In this document: positions 1 through 14,608 of the stretch, one piece after another
How the letters are laid out: every line of letters starts with the position of its first letter
Position numbering within the stretch: position 1 is the stretch's first letter
DNA from: Eledone cirrhosa
Lineage: Eukaryota
Reading direction: 5' to 3'
NCBI GenBank assembly: GCA_964016885.1
Contig: OZ024753.1
Coordinates: 37,262,001 to 37,326,000 of the forward strand
Length of the DNA: 64,000 bases
Program-made: the position numbers and the translations under genes
The notes under the pieces: model-generated
The model's input: the letters and a program-made list of their open reading frames with translations, nothing else
What the model was told of the DNA's origin: nothing
The model's database searches: none

Positions 1-554
1 TCCCAGCTTTCCCTCATTGCTTTCTCATATTCATGATCATATTTTCTTTTATTTTCGATGCTTGTGAGTGACATTTTAAACTGGTTCCTTTCCTTTTTCA
101 GTTATTTGTTTATTTAAACAATTTGAAATCCTTTTTTCTTCGCCACACGAGAATTTCCCTGTGCCTGGGGATGATATTTCCTTGAACGGCAACGACCTTT
201 CTCCTTGGTATATATTTAATGCATATAGCTTTCATTAAGTCGGTGAATTGGCAGATTCATTAAACCATCGGTTAGAATGATTCGTGGTATTCGTCCCAGT
301 TCTCTGTGCTCTGACTTCATTCTTTCGATGTCGACACATAAAGGTTTAGATTCAACAATACTGGTTTCGATTCTTTCTCTTTCTTTGGAAAATTAAAGTG
401 TGTTTAAAACTGAAGAAGGGATTTAAATGATGAATACATGTTCTATATTATGACGACTCCATCAGGAGTTAAGGCTTGATTGATAGAGATGTGGTAAATT
501 AAAGAAACCAATTTGTAGTTAATTTTACGTTCGATAAGTTCGAGGATAGTGTTG

Positions 555-762
555 CTTTCTAATTTAGATACAAGGTCAACAATATGTAGGAAGGAGCAAC
601 GTCGATTATGGCGACCCACGAAAGTGACTAGTGCTTTGTTTTATTAACATCTAAAAGGATGAAGGGTAAAGATAACCACAGTGGGATTTGAACTCAGAAC
701 ATAAAGAGCCGCATTTAAATGCTGCAAAATATTTCGTCTGACACTCTACCAATTCTGTCAAT
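555..762 (-). mobile_element. tRNA-derived SINE family S1, old diverged copy
   Basis: Aligns by eye to the young S1 copies (ggatgaagggtaaag...gggatttgaactcagaac...ctctaccaattctgtcaat). Confidence 0.7.
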
Positions 763-1169
763 ACGCAACTACCTTTGCTTCAAGATTTACAATAAAATAT
801 AGGGTTTAGGGTAAATAACCTAGTAGGTAGAGTGTTGGGTGATGTGTTGCTCCAGTTAATTCAACTAAGTATGAACGGCAAGGTAACGGTTAGTTCTGTG
901 AGAGACTGGCGTTCCATCCAGGGGATAGTCTTATAATTTCTGATACCTAACCTCCAAAACGTTCGAGCATAGAGAAATAAACGTAAACAGATAACTAACA
1001 CTTAGGATTCAGAAGCAAAACATTTATAGTTTTATATCAAATTGAAACGTGTAAATGTCCATATAAAGTGAGCATACATATGTGAGGGTGTGTATATATA
1101 TATATATCATATATATATATATATATTTATTTATATATAGAGAGATAGATAGAGACGGGGGCAGGAGAG

Positions 1170-1299
1170 TGCTGCGAGTTCCGTCATACTGTGCGACACT
1201 TTGAGCAAGCGAATATCATTTAACATTGCCTCAAATTGACTAATACTTTGTGAGTGAAATTTGCTAGTCGGATATAGTGCGTAAGGAGCCCGTTGTACG

Positions 1300-1332
<33 letters not shown>

Positions 1333-1440
1333 TTATATATATATATATAAGGCATATATATATAATTTTAAATGTGAGTTTGTGTGACTGCCTCTTTCCT
1401 CGCTCTATGACGTCGCATGACAACTGCTGTTACAGGAATG
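1170..1440 (+). mobile_element. Degenerate SINE-like repeat with internal (TA)/(TG) tract
   Basis: ttgagcaag...tttgtgagtgaaatttgctagtcgga...gagcccgttgta resembles a common Octopus SINE body as recalled; strongly decayed. Confidence 0.4.
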
Positions 1441-1506
1441 CCTATCTGTTTGACATCTGCTTTTCTCTCTCTGTCTCTCTCTCTCTCCCCACAAACATAT
1501 ATACAG

Positions 1507-1572
<66 letters not shown>

Positions 1573-2062
1573 TCCCTTTTTCCTCTCTCTTTCTAACACA
1601 CTTTGTTTGAATCTATGTTCCACTTTCTATTTGCATCGGATTTTTGTTGTTGTTGTTGTTGTTGTTTTCTGTCTCCAGTGTCTTCCATACATAACCAACC
1701 ATTCCCCAATTTTATTAGAAGCCGGCTGTGTTTTCCCCATTAATACCATTTATGCATTCATATTTCTTCTTCTTTACAAGATGGTGTTTTGCTGATTTCA
1801 TTCCTCTAACGCCTTTTCTTAATCCTCCATGTTTTATACACATTCTTTATATTTTATTTTCTTTCATTTCCATCACATTTTTTTAAAGTATTATATATTA
1901 GTTGGGATGATTTTAATAAGGGTTATTATTATTCCTTATCATGGGTTCCTTAGAAAGAATTAGTTAAGGCTGTAGTTAGGGCTGAGTAAAGCTGCGTTGG
2001 CATACAAACACATATACATATACACATACATACATACATACATACATACATACATACATACA

Positions 2063-2096
<34 letters not shown>

Positions 2097-2130
2097 CAGA
2101 CACATACACATATATATGTATGTATATACC

Positions 2131-2202
<72 letters not shown>

Positions 2203-2301
2203 TGGCGTCATATTTATTTGTTGTTTCTGATTATATTTTAGTTTTACTCTTTATAAAATATTTTGAATATATTTTATTTTGTAGTTTTACACACACACAC
2301 A

Positions 2302-2377
<76 letters not shown>

Positions 2378-2875
2378 TAAATCTGATGGCTTGACTCAGT
2401 TCCCAGTATAATAAAACAGTCGGATTTATTACAGGAATACTTGATAGATATAACTGTGTCTTTCATCGTCTCATTATTACGATTATACTTTTTCTTCTTC
2501 TTTAATGGATATCACACTACTCGATTATTTTTTGCCATCGCCATAATCATCATAAGTATCATTTTCATCATCCTTGATATCATCATTAATGCCACCACCA
2601 AGGAAGAAAAGTTCTTCACGGTTATTCGACCGGCAACAATTATCAGCCTGATATAAAAATAAAAAAAACATCAGCTAGACTACAGTTTGGAATAGGGTTA
2701 ACTATACAGGGTATATTATTACGGAATATGCCCACCCCCTCCTCGATCCTGCTAACCATGGGTTTGCACAAGGCTGATTTTAGGAGGTGCGGGGCCTAAT
2801 TGCTATGTGCTGTGTGCGGTTGACGAGCCAAGAATAGATTACAATTGCACGAGGCTCAATTGGGTTTTATATATA

Positions 2876-3310
2876 CGGGGTGAATAAAAAAATTTGGCTC
2901 TATATTTATTTTTGTCTGCCTTATTCATTTTTTCACAAAAAACTGATGAGACTCCGAATATCCTTAGTTTAAACCATTAAAAACAACATATCAAACATTT
3001 ATTATCTTTTGATGTTTCTGTCTAGAGTTACAGCAGATGTGATCCCCATTTTAATACATGCATTTTTTTAGGTGCATAGTGAAGTGTAGCATAACGTCTT
3101 TACAAACAGACTTAGGGATGGCTCTGGTCACCTCCCTGATGTTTTCTTTTAGTTCAGTGATGGGCCTGGGTTTGTTGACATATAGCCTATTTAAGACCCA
3201 TAAAAAAGAAATCTGGGGGTCTTAAATCAGAACTGTGTGGTGTCCACTAACAATCAGCCTTCAAGTTGATCACACGATTTCAAAAGTTATTTTTCAGTTT
3301 GTATTCTGTA
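2876..3310 (-). mobile_element. Decayed Tc1/mariner transposon 3' end (transposase C-terminus about 3036-3280)
   Basis: Minus strand reads WTPHSSDLRPPDFF(fs)...LYVNKPRPITELKENIREVTRAIPKSVCKDV...C..NGDH, matching the WPPxSPDLxPxDFFLWG...ELK..I...G.H pattern, with stops and frameshifts. TA-CGGGGTG TIR-like end at 2874-2882. Confidence 0.75.
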
Positions 3311-3319
3311 GAGGTAATT

Positions 3320-3525
3320 CCACTGGCACGTGTATCCTTAACGTAATTCTCTGGGTGACATAGCCTATGACAGAATTAGCCCTTTTGAACCACAGGTACA
3401 ACTCATTTGGCCAGGTGAGTTGATCAGAGCAACGTGAAATAAAGCGTCTTGCTCAAGGAAACAACGTGCCATCAGTGATCGAACTCATAACTGTGAGTCG
3501 AACAGCCTAGCCCCTAATTCATGCT
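3320..3525 (-). mobile_element. SINE family S2 (CORE-like), diverged
   Basis: gagcaacgtgaaataaagcgtcttgctcaagga is shared with the copy at 34905-35020. Confidence 0.7.
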
Positions 3526-3672
3526 CCCTCATGAGCAGTTCAATATAGGAGTATGTATATGTTTGTATAGTCCCGTTAGGGTATTATATTTTAAAACTTG
3601 GCGAACTCCTTCTCTTCTCCAAGTCTGAAAACAACAGAAGGATAGAGTGAAGTGAGAAAGAGATATAGAGGA

Positions 3673-3818
3673 AGAATCGACCCCAGTACTAGACTGATAC
3701 CTTTTTTTATCGATCTTCAATGGATGGCGGGATTTGGTATCGGAGAGCAGAGAGCCCGAAACGAATACCACAAAGCATTCTATCCGACGTTCTAACGACT
3801 CTACCAAATAGCCGCCTT
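3673..3818 (-). mobile_element. SINE S1, diverged and internally deleted
   Basis: tcgaccccagtact...ttttatcga...ggcgggatttg...ccgacgttctaacgactct. Confidence 0.6.
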
Positions 3819-4579
3819 AATATTGGAATAAAAAATGATTAAATTTGGTTCGGTCTGAAACACCTACCACAGTTCAAATGCAATCTATCCTTCACAAAAG
3901 ACATATTACATTAATTATTTTGCTATTTGTAATTTTGTGAATTTCAATAGCAATTGAGCAAAACTATATGGACATTATATTACAGAGTTGCTTGCAATGA
4001 TGCGTAAACTAAGTTTACTTGCTATATCAAACCGTTTGTTAATTAAGAAGTCGTTATTTAAATCATAGACTAAATTATATATATACACACACACACAGGC
4101 ACACAATATACTCCGTAATTATCTGAGGGGCAAACATTCCCTAACTTCATGTAATTACTTTAAGTAATGCTCATTAGTTCTTCACACCGACACCACCACC
4201 ACCACAACAACAACAACAACACCATAATCAACACTAAATTGTCTTGTAATATAACCCATGACATGCGGGCAGAGGAATTTTTCTTAAGGTGTCGATGTGG
4301 AAAAAAAAGTAATATATTCACATTGAAATTTGAAACTTTGGAATGAACGGTAGTTATATTTATAACTCTTCTCTCGCCATTGGCAGCTCATTAGCCAATA
4401 TTAACACAGTTGAACGGAGCGCATATATTAAAATGAAAAAGAAAAAAATAACACTCAATATAAAACTGCTCATGTCATTTTAGTAGGGATTTGAATTAAT
4501 GTCTTCCTCCGCTTACATGCTGGTAGATGTTACAGTAATTGTCAAATACATTACAGACATGCTCTCTGTCTAAAACACA

Positions 4580-4650
<71 letters not shown>

Positions 4651-4749
4651 CTCTTTCGCTCTCTCTTTCTTTCTTTCTTTCTTTCTTTCTCACTCTCCCT
4701 CGCTCTCATTCTCTCTCTCTCTCTTTCTCTCTCTCTCTGACTCTCTCTC

Positions 4750-4802
<53 letters not shown>

Positions 4803-4924
4803 CACACACTTCTCTTCTCCTGCTCTCTCCTCCTTCTCTTTCTCCTCCTCAAACACCCATCCTCATCATGTATTCTGAGCTCGAATCTCATCTTTTTGTT
4901 GTCAATAAAGAAAGTACCATTCCG

Positions 4925-5183
<259 letters not shown>

Positions 5184-5829
5184 TATATATATATAGAGAG
5201 AGATAGCTAAATCTACCAAACTATACGGTAGTGTCCAATCCGTATATATATATATATATATCTTTCCCTGGAAGAAATCGACACTGTTCCGACCTGGAAA
5301 GTGATGGCCTTCACGAGGTTTTTAATACTCAATACACGTGGTGTGTTGCGACAGCATTCCTCCAGCTCCAACATCAGTTAAGGTCCTTCGACGGATTTGC
5401 TTTAATCTTTTTATAACAAAATATTTCATGATTTATTGAAATATTTGAAATATATACACAGAACTTTCATATAAAAAACAAACCAACACTCAAACATGTG
5501 TATATCACCCTTAATAATCTAATTAATTATTGTCATGTCATAATAACTAATGAGTTAGGAGACGACGTGGTAGAGTCGTTAAAGGTCAGACATGCTCTAC
5601 GATATTTCTTCCAACTCTGGATACCCAAAGAATATAATTAATATTTGCCATGTCACAGCTAATAAGCTACCCTAGTAATTATTTTTTAGATTTCTGGTAA
5701 TTGAATGAATTTGTTCCTTTTTCCTGTCTCGGCCTTCATCTTGTTTGTTGCTGTTTTGGTTATTTTTTTTTTCTTCTGTGAGGTTATATATATGTTTAAG
5801 TGCGTGTATATGTGTCTGCGAGTCTGTGT

Positions 5830-6055
5830 GTGAGCGTGCCAGTGTGTGCCTGTGTGTGTCTGTGTCTATGAGCGTGCCAATGTGTGTCTGTGTGTGTGTG
5901 TGTCTGTGTCTTTGGGCGTGCCAGTGTGTGTCTGTGTCTATGAGCGTGCCAGTGTGTGTCTGTGTGTGTGTGTCTGTGTCTTTGAGCGTGCCAGTGTGTG
6001 TCTGTGTGTGTGTGTGTCTGTGTCTTTGAGCGTGCCAGTGTGTGTCTGTGTGTGT
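5830..6055. repeat. Minisatellite of about 30-44 bp (tgagcgtgccagtgtgtgtctgtg...)
   Basis: About 6 recurrences of gagcgtgcca. Confidence 0.85.
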
Positions 6056-6355
6056 TCCAATATGCTATATTATTAAATAAAGTTATATGTATATTTTACG
6101 AGTATTTTGTATGTGAGTGTGGGCTATGTGTGTGTTCCAATATGCTATATTATTAGATGAAGTTATATGTAGTTTTACCATTTTCGGGAGAGTGTGGTTT
6201 TTAATTTTTGGTTGATTTTGTTTTTATAGATATGACATTTTTCGTTCCTCATGCAGCAATTTAGGTGTTTTAAAAACTGTTACTGTTTATAAGAGTATGG
6301 ATACATACATACATACATACATAAATACATACATACATACATACATACATACATA

Positions 6356-6769
6356 CATGGTGGCTGCCAACTCGTTTTCGAGTACGGCCACTACTTTATA
6401 TCCATGTAGGAGAACCCCTACCGATGTGCTGAACGAGTGTGACTTTTTAGTCCAGCCAGGTACTTTAAAACTCTGGTACAAACACTTCACTTGTGACAAT
6501 CATTGACACATAGTGCTGGGCCCATGGTACCATGTGACGACAAGTGCAGAGAGATCTCCAGATATAAAGCAATGCCTGTCTCGTGAAGCTTTTATAGTGA
6601 GCAAAGGCACTGCACAAAGCCAGTCCCACTCTCTTAACCAAGATATTTACCAAAAAGAAGAACAAGTCAACATCATTGGATACCATCAGGGTTGCAGGTG
6701 TTATATCAGAGTTTTCCTTCTCCTAGAATTCTGCCTTGACAAAGGCTAAGGGGTCATCTCTCCCGGAGA
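6356..6769 (-). mobile_element. RTE-like non-autonomous element R1, short form
   Basis: Close match to 51465-52020, 56324-56740 and 57843-58397; (TATG)n tail. Confidence 0.85.
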
Positions 6770-7021
6770 TACATACATACATACATACATACACACATCC
6801 CCCATTACACACACATATACACATGTATGTTTATATCCTCGGGGTGACCAATAGCTTGTGAATGAAATAAGCATACATATATATATATATACACACATAC
6901 ACACACACCGGGACCCACACATATATGCATGTTTATAATTGCATATATACGTGTATGTGTGTGTACACTATGTATGCATGCACCCACATATATATATATA
7001 TATATAATTGTGTGTGTGTGT

Positions 7022-7095
<74 letters not shown>

Positions 7096-7369
7096 TTCGG
7101 TTAGTCTATGCGAGCTTGAAGAAGGTTCTGTTCTTGGAAACACTTAACCCAGATGTCGTAGTTGAATTTCTTCAATTCTGGATTGAAATGGATTTAATAA
7201 TTAGCGACAATCTTTGCCGGAAGGAAGTGCTAAAAATATAATCTGTAAAAAAGCATCCATTTTTAAAAATTAATTCTCTCTTTTATTTTGTTTATTTTGT
7301 CAGTGAAAGTAAGTTAAAACGGAATATACTTAATAGCTAGTCAGTCTTACGTGTTTGTAATAAACAACA

Positions 7370-7475
7370 TGGCCTCGTGTGCTTTGTGGTAAACCATGTT
7401 TGATTCGTACTATGGTCCTGTGTTTGATTCCTGAACCGGGTGTTTTTGAGCCAGTCATTTCATTCCACGTTGCTT
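7370..7475 (+). mobile_element. SINE S2 head, degenerate
   Basis: gtttgattcctgaaccggg...tttcattccacgttgct parallels the S2 head at 34905-35020. Confidence 0.5.
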
Positions 7476-8416
7476 TTCATGATGGGACTGTGGCCCTTAT
7501 CCTTATATCATCAGAAAAATCTCTTTTGTGATGCATCATCGTAGGGATCCAACTATATCTACATAGCTGTGAGTTGACCAAGATACTTTCATGGAATGAC
7601 CAAATGAGGTTTATTTTTCAATATAATTTCTGGAAAGAAACACATGCAAGATTTCACAGCTCTAGCATCAATCCTTTATTGTCAGACAATGAAATTTTCA
7701 GCCGATCCTCGTAACTCAGATCTTTCTGGGTTTTGTTTTGTTTTGTTTCGTTTTTTGTTTTATTTTTTGCCTTTAGGCATAATATACCTTGGACTATATC
7801 ATTCAATGTGCCATTCATTTTTTTTTACGTTTTTGAAAACCATATGCATTTTTGAAAAAATATTTTAACGAATGGGTTAATAAATACAATATCTGGTAAT
7901 GAAAATAAATAAGATGACTTTTTTTTCTCGCAAAATTTCAAAATTCAAAAACAGAGTGTCATTCAAAAACAGTGTCAATTAAAAAAAAAGATATTTTGAA
8001 TCCTTCCCATGAGCTCAATTAGATCATTACTACCCCTTATTGAACCAATATGGCATCTTCAAATTCTGAGTGTCCTCATATCTCAAGTAGACGTATCCGT
8101 TCTATAACTATGTGAAAAATAAAAAGGACAAGACATAGTCGTGGTTTCACAATATTCTAATCAGTGTAACTGGACTTAATTACCTCAAATGTTTATGAAT
8201 ACACTTATGTATAATGTATGTATATATATATTTATATATATTTATATATACGTGTGTGTTTAAGTATACATACATATATATATATACATATAGATATATA
8301 TATACATATATATATTCCGAAGAGATTGTTTTGGTAAAAACAGGAGCAAGCAGGAGTAAACTCAACGATCGCAGGTTTTAATTACGATGATTAAACGATT
8401 AATGTAACCTCAGCAG

Positions 8417-8453
<37 letters not shown>

Positions 8454-8600
8454 GAGATGCTTGCATTAATTTCAACTTTTCTTATGAATAACTGCATAGT
8501 ATCTTTCTAGGGACTATGTTGAAAAATAAACCTCATTTCTTCATTCCATGAGAGTATGTTAGCCTAGGAATCTTACAGACGATATATATATATATGCACT

Positions 8601-8640
<40 letters not shown>

Positions 8641-8682
8641 CACTTATATATGTATATGTATATATATATACACTTATATATG

Positions 8683-8714
<32 letters not shown>

Positions 8715-8732
8715 TATATATATATATATATA

Positions 8733-8921
8733 GGAACGAGTAGGACCCCGACGGCTGAGCTCAAGCCGTTTCGACGGCTATTTCTGGACAGAATTAGCCG
8801 TCGAGACGGCTTGAGCTCAGCCGTCGGGGTCCTACTCGTTCCTATTACCCACTCTACTACCCTACGTATTGAGTACTTTGGTGCGTTATGGTCCACCTGG
8901 TTCCTTACCACATTTCCTTCG

Positions 8922-8923
<2 letters not shown>
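8733..8923 (+). mobile_element. Fold-back PLE-like element family A, copy 1 (palindrome 8733-8842 plus tail)
   Basis: About 48-bp inverted arms; 3' half of a hammerhead (GAgA cggcttgagctcagccg TC gggg); flanked by (TA)n; three copies in the window. Confidence 0.85.
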
Positions 8924-8967
<44 letters not shown>

Positions 8968-9236
8968 TTATATATGTATATATATATATATATATATACA
9001 CATATATATATACATATATATATACATATATATATATATGCATATATATATATATACATATAGATATAGATAGGTAAATATACACGGGTGTGTATGATTG
9101 TGTATAGAAGATTATATTAATAAGAGGAATTCCAACTTTGTCTGATTTACTCGTTTTATTTACAATCCTTTAAAATATATATAATATGGTATTATAATGA
9201 AATAGTATGATAGAATATTAAATTCTAAGTGTTAAT

Positions 9237-9275
9237 TGAACAAGTACTTTCATGCTTTCGCAATCTTCAGGTTCA
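9237..9275 (-). ncRNA. Minimal type-I hammerhead ribozyme (family B, left arm)
   Basis: Mirror image of 9348-9386. Confidence 0.8.
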
Positions 9276-9347
9276 TGATATGTGGTGACAGTCGAGTTTG
9301 CAATTTTCACAGTTGAAAATTGCAAACTCCACTGTCACCACATATCA

Positions 9348-9386
9348 TGAACCTGAAGATTGCGAAAGCATGAAAGTACTTGTTCA
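9348..9386 (+). ncRNA. Minimal type-I hammerhead ribozyme (family B)
   Basis: tgaac CTGAAGA t tgc-gaaa-gca t GAAA gtac TT gttca: stem I 5 bp, GNRA-capped stem II, palindromic stem III AAGTACTT, CUU triplet. Confidence 0.8.
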
Positions 9387-9599
9387 ATTAACACTTAGAA
9401 TTTAATATTCTATCATACTATTTCATTATAATACCATATTATATATATTTTAAAGGATTGTAAATAAAACGAGTAAATCAGACAAAGTTGGAATTCCTCT
9501 TATTAATATATATATACATATATACATATACATATATATCTATACATATATATATATATACATATATATATATACATATATACATATACATATATATAC

Positions 9600-9630
<31 letters not shown>

Positions 9631-9681
9631 CATATATATATATATACATATACATATATATACATTATATATATACATATG

Positions 9682-9715
<34 letters not shown>

Positions 9716-9734
9716 TATGTATATATACATATAC

Positions 9735-9765
<31 letters not shown>

Positions 9766-9829
9766 CATATAAATATATATATACATATATATATATACAT
9801 ATATACATATACATATATATACATTATAC

Positions 9830-9903
<74 letters not shown>

Positions 9904-9999
9904 TATATAAATACATATATATATACATTATATACATAAATATATATATATACATGTGTATATATATATATATATATACATATGTGTATATATATATAC

Positions 10000-10041
<42 letters not shown>

Positions 10042-10097
10042 TATATAAATACATATATATATACATTATATACATAAATATATATATATACACGTAT

Positions 10098-10128
<31 letters not shown>

Positions 10129-10811
10129 CATATATACATATATATACACACACACACATATATACATATATATACACACATACACACATATATATACATA
10201 TATATACACACATACACATATATATATATATATATATATATACTTACATATATTTATTTGTTTCAAAATCCAGTATTGGTTGATCTAAAATATATATACG
10301 TGCTAAGTGTATTTATATGTACATGCTATATATATATATATATATATATATATTCATATTAATGTATGTACTTCTTTGTGCGTTTGAATGTGTATGTTTA
10401 ATACGCCATGTTGAAAACCGCCACCACCACCATCCCCAACACCATCACCATCGCCACCACCATCCCCAACACCATCACCATCGCCACCACCATCATCACC
10501 TCCTCCATCTGGTCCATGTTTATTGCGTTGTTCAAGCATCCTTTCTATATATATATTAACCTGCACAAGATGTTCAAGTAGGAATTCCAGCGACATCAGC
10601 TTCGCCAGTCAGGTCAATGACCTACCTCGCTTCACTAACTTATAAATAACGTCACTTTTTTGTTCATCCCTCTTCGTAAGCGGTAATTATTTTTTTTAGA
10701 AATAAGCAGTATGTTTCTTTCTACATATAGAAAAGTTACTTCCGTTGCCCGCCAGGCCGAGGAGGACTAACTGTCAAAGTATTGTTTATATTATTTATTT
10801 ATATTCATGAA

Positions 10812-10854
<43 letters not shown>

Positions 10855-10942
10855 GTACGTTATTCCGGGTTGAATCGGAGGTAACCACAGTAAGTAAGGT
10901 ACTCAATACATTGCAGAGTACAAAAGTTTTAATATAGATGAG

Positions 10943-10989
10943 ATTCTACAGGACTAGAACTGTTTCATTCTTTAGAAATCATCAGGAAT
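10943..10989 (-). ncRNA. Type-I hammerhead ribozyme (family C, left arm)
   Basis: Mirror image of 10988-11034. Confidence 0.8.
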
Positions 10990-11034
10990 TCCTGATGATT
11001 TCTAAAGAATGAAACAGTTCTAGTCCTGTAGAAT
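10988..11034 (+). ncRNA. Type-I hammerhead ribozyme (family C)
   Basis: attc CTGATGA t ttc-taaa-gaa t GAAA cag-ttctagtc-ctg TA gaat; GUA triplet. Confidence 0.8.
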
Positions 11035-11080
11035 CTCATCTATATTAAAACTATATATATATATATATATTAATAATAAT

Positions 11081-11264
11081 AATTGTTTCTACTATTGGCA
11101 CAAGACCAGAAATTAACCAGTACATTTCTGGTACTTTATTTTATCGACCCCGTAAGGATGAAAGGCAAAGTTAACCTCGGCGGGATTTGAACTCAGATCA
11201 TAAAGGGAGGTAACTCTATGCTTCAAAACATGGCGCCCGACCCTCTACCGATACTGCCAATCCA
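11081..11264 (-). mobile_element. SINE S1, full length
   Basis: A box TGGCAGTATCGG, B box GAGTTCAAATCC, central GCCTTTCATCCTTACGGGGTCGATAAA (resembles the MetaSINE-type core), (TTA)n tail. Confidence 0.9.
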
Positions 11265-11283
11265 AATAATAATAATAACAATT

Positions 11284-11467
11284 ATTATTTCTACTTTTGA
11301 CACAAGGCCAGCAATTATCCCAGTGTATTACTGGTACTTTATTTTATCGACCCCGTAAGGGTGAAAGGCAAAGTTAACCTCGGCGGAATTTGAACTCAGA
11401 CGCTAAAGGGCCGTAACTTTATGCTGCAAGGTATGGTGTCTGACCCTCTACCGATACTGCCAATCCA
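11284..11467 (-). mobile_element. SINE S1, full length, tandem with the previous copy
   Basis: Same A box, B box and central motifs as 11081-11264. Confidence 0.9.
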
Positions 11468-11481
11468 CAATAATAATAATA

Positions 11482-13082
<1,601 letters not shown>

Positions 13083-13084
<2 letters not shown>

Positions 13085-13640
13085 CATAAAACATGTCTAT
13101 AGAATCATAAGATAAAATATATACTATTTCCTCTCCCAATTAGCATAATTAACTATATAAAAAATCGAATAGACCAGGCTATAACAATGAGGCTTCTATG
13201 AAGGAATCTCCGCTAAATAACCGAAACTTGCGCTTCGCGTCGGCCGTAGAGGAATATTTATCGAATATTTCGACAGCGTAATCGCCTAGATACAGTCAAC
13301 TAAACAGAATTAGGTTTAAAATAAACTAGGAGAAAATAGAATACATTTAAATACCTCTACCATGGTTTCGTCCGTGTTTTGAGTTTTCCAATAATTATGT
13401 AATAATTATATAAACTCGAGCGCCGGATTCTTCAGGAAGCTCGCTCATATCTAGACACTAAATTTTCCAAAGTGATCGCGCCAAAAATTCATTTCAAAAT
13501 GGCTAAAAATCGTGACGTAGTCGCGTCAAGTTGGAAGGGGTGTGGTAGTTGCTTACGACTGGTGGCATTTTTGCTAGAAAGCACAGCACAATACAGCCAA
13601 ATTTGTATCTCAACCTAGTGGTATTACATATAAAAGTTTA
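13083..13640 (-). mobile_element. PLE-like element family D, copy 1
   Basis: 13083-13346 is repeated at about 13735-13998; contains a hammerhead; flanked by (TA)n. Confidence 0.8.
13354..13439 (-). ncRNA. Type-I hammerhead ribozyme with long stem II (family D)
   Basis: Minus: cttc CTGAAGA a tccg..gagttt..taattat-tac-ataatta..aaactc..cgga c GAAA ccatgg TA gagg; palindromic stem III ACCATGGT. Confidence 0.8.
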
Positions 13641-13669
13641 CATATATATATACATACATATACATATAC

Positions 13670-13996
13670 GTGTTTTGCAACTGGTCACTTTGTGGCTCAA
13701 TGAAAAATTAATAAATTAAACAATCAGAGCTATATAGCATAAAACATGTCTATAGAATCAAAGCATAAAATATATACTATTTCCTCTCCAATTAGCATAA
13801 TTAACTATATAAAAAATCGAATAGACCAGACTATAAGAATGAGGCTTCTATGAAGGAATCTCCGATAAATAACCGAAACTTGCGCTTCGCGTCGGCCGTA
13901 GCGGAATATTTATCGAATATTTCGACAGCGTAATCGCCTAGATACAGTCGACTAAACAGAATTAGGTTTAAAATAAACTAGGAGAAAATAGAATAC

Positions 13997-13998
<2 letters not shown>
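13670..13998 (-). mobile_element. Family D copy 2 (tandem; 3' end present, hammerhead absent)
   Basis: Direct repeat of 13083-13346 extended to the terminus ttgcaaaacac. Confidence 0.85.
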
Positions 13999-14030
<32 letters not shown>

Positions 14031-14072
14031 GTATATATATATATATGCATATATATGTATATATATATATGC

Positions 14073-14155
<83 letters not shown>

Positions 14156-14158
14156 TAT

Positions 14159-14238
14159 GGCCCTCCCAAAGTATAACAATATCGGTTTCAACACACGATT
14201 TCAGATAAGAATCTTGCTAAACAAATTCAGAAACGAAA
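14159..14238 (+). mobile_element. 3' terminal fragment of PLE family E
   Basis: Reverse complement of 17394-17475. Confidence 0.85.
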
Positions 14239-14327
14239 TATATATATATATATGTATATATATATGTATATATATATGTATATGTATATATATATATTAT
14301 ATATATATGCATATATATATATATATA

Positions 14328-14608
<281 letters not shown>

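Larger units (their letters stand above)
9113..9510. mobile_element. Fold-back element family B: 398-bp palindrome with a hammerhead in each arm
   Basis: Arms of about 197 bp, 4-nt loop (9310-9313), one mismatch seen; adjoins (TA)n. Confidence 0.9.
10851..11052 (-). mobile_element. Fold-back element family C (perfect 128-bp palindrome 10925-11052 plus tail)
   Basis: Loopless palindrome centred on GAATTC; flanked by (TA)n; related tail at 25745-25826. Confidence 0.9.

Noticed and set aside
2515-2670. Minus-strand acceptor (ttttatatcag) and a short acidic ORF
   Set aside because: Runs into (GAT)-like low complexity with no support.
2943-2975. CTGATGA hammerhead candidate
   Set aside because: No GAAA or stems; lies in a mariner remnant.
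6465-6749. Recurring ORFs MVSNDVDLFF... and MLGPWYHV...
   Set aside because: They recur only because they lie in repeat R1; indels differ among copies and there is no recognisable protein apart from the finger fossil.
10317-10596. His-rich and Gly-Asp-rich ORFs
   Set aside because: Produced by a (CAC/CAT) repeat containing a 30-bp duplication.
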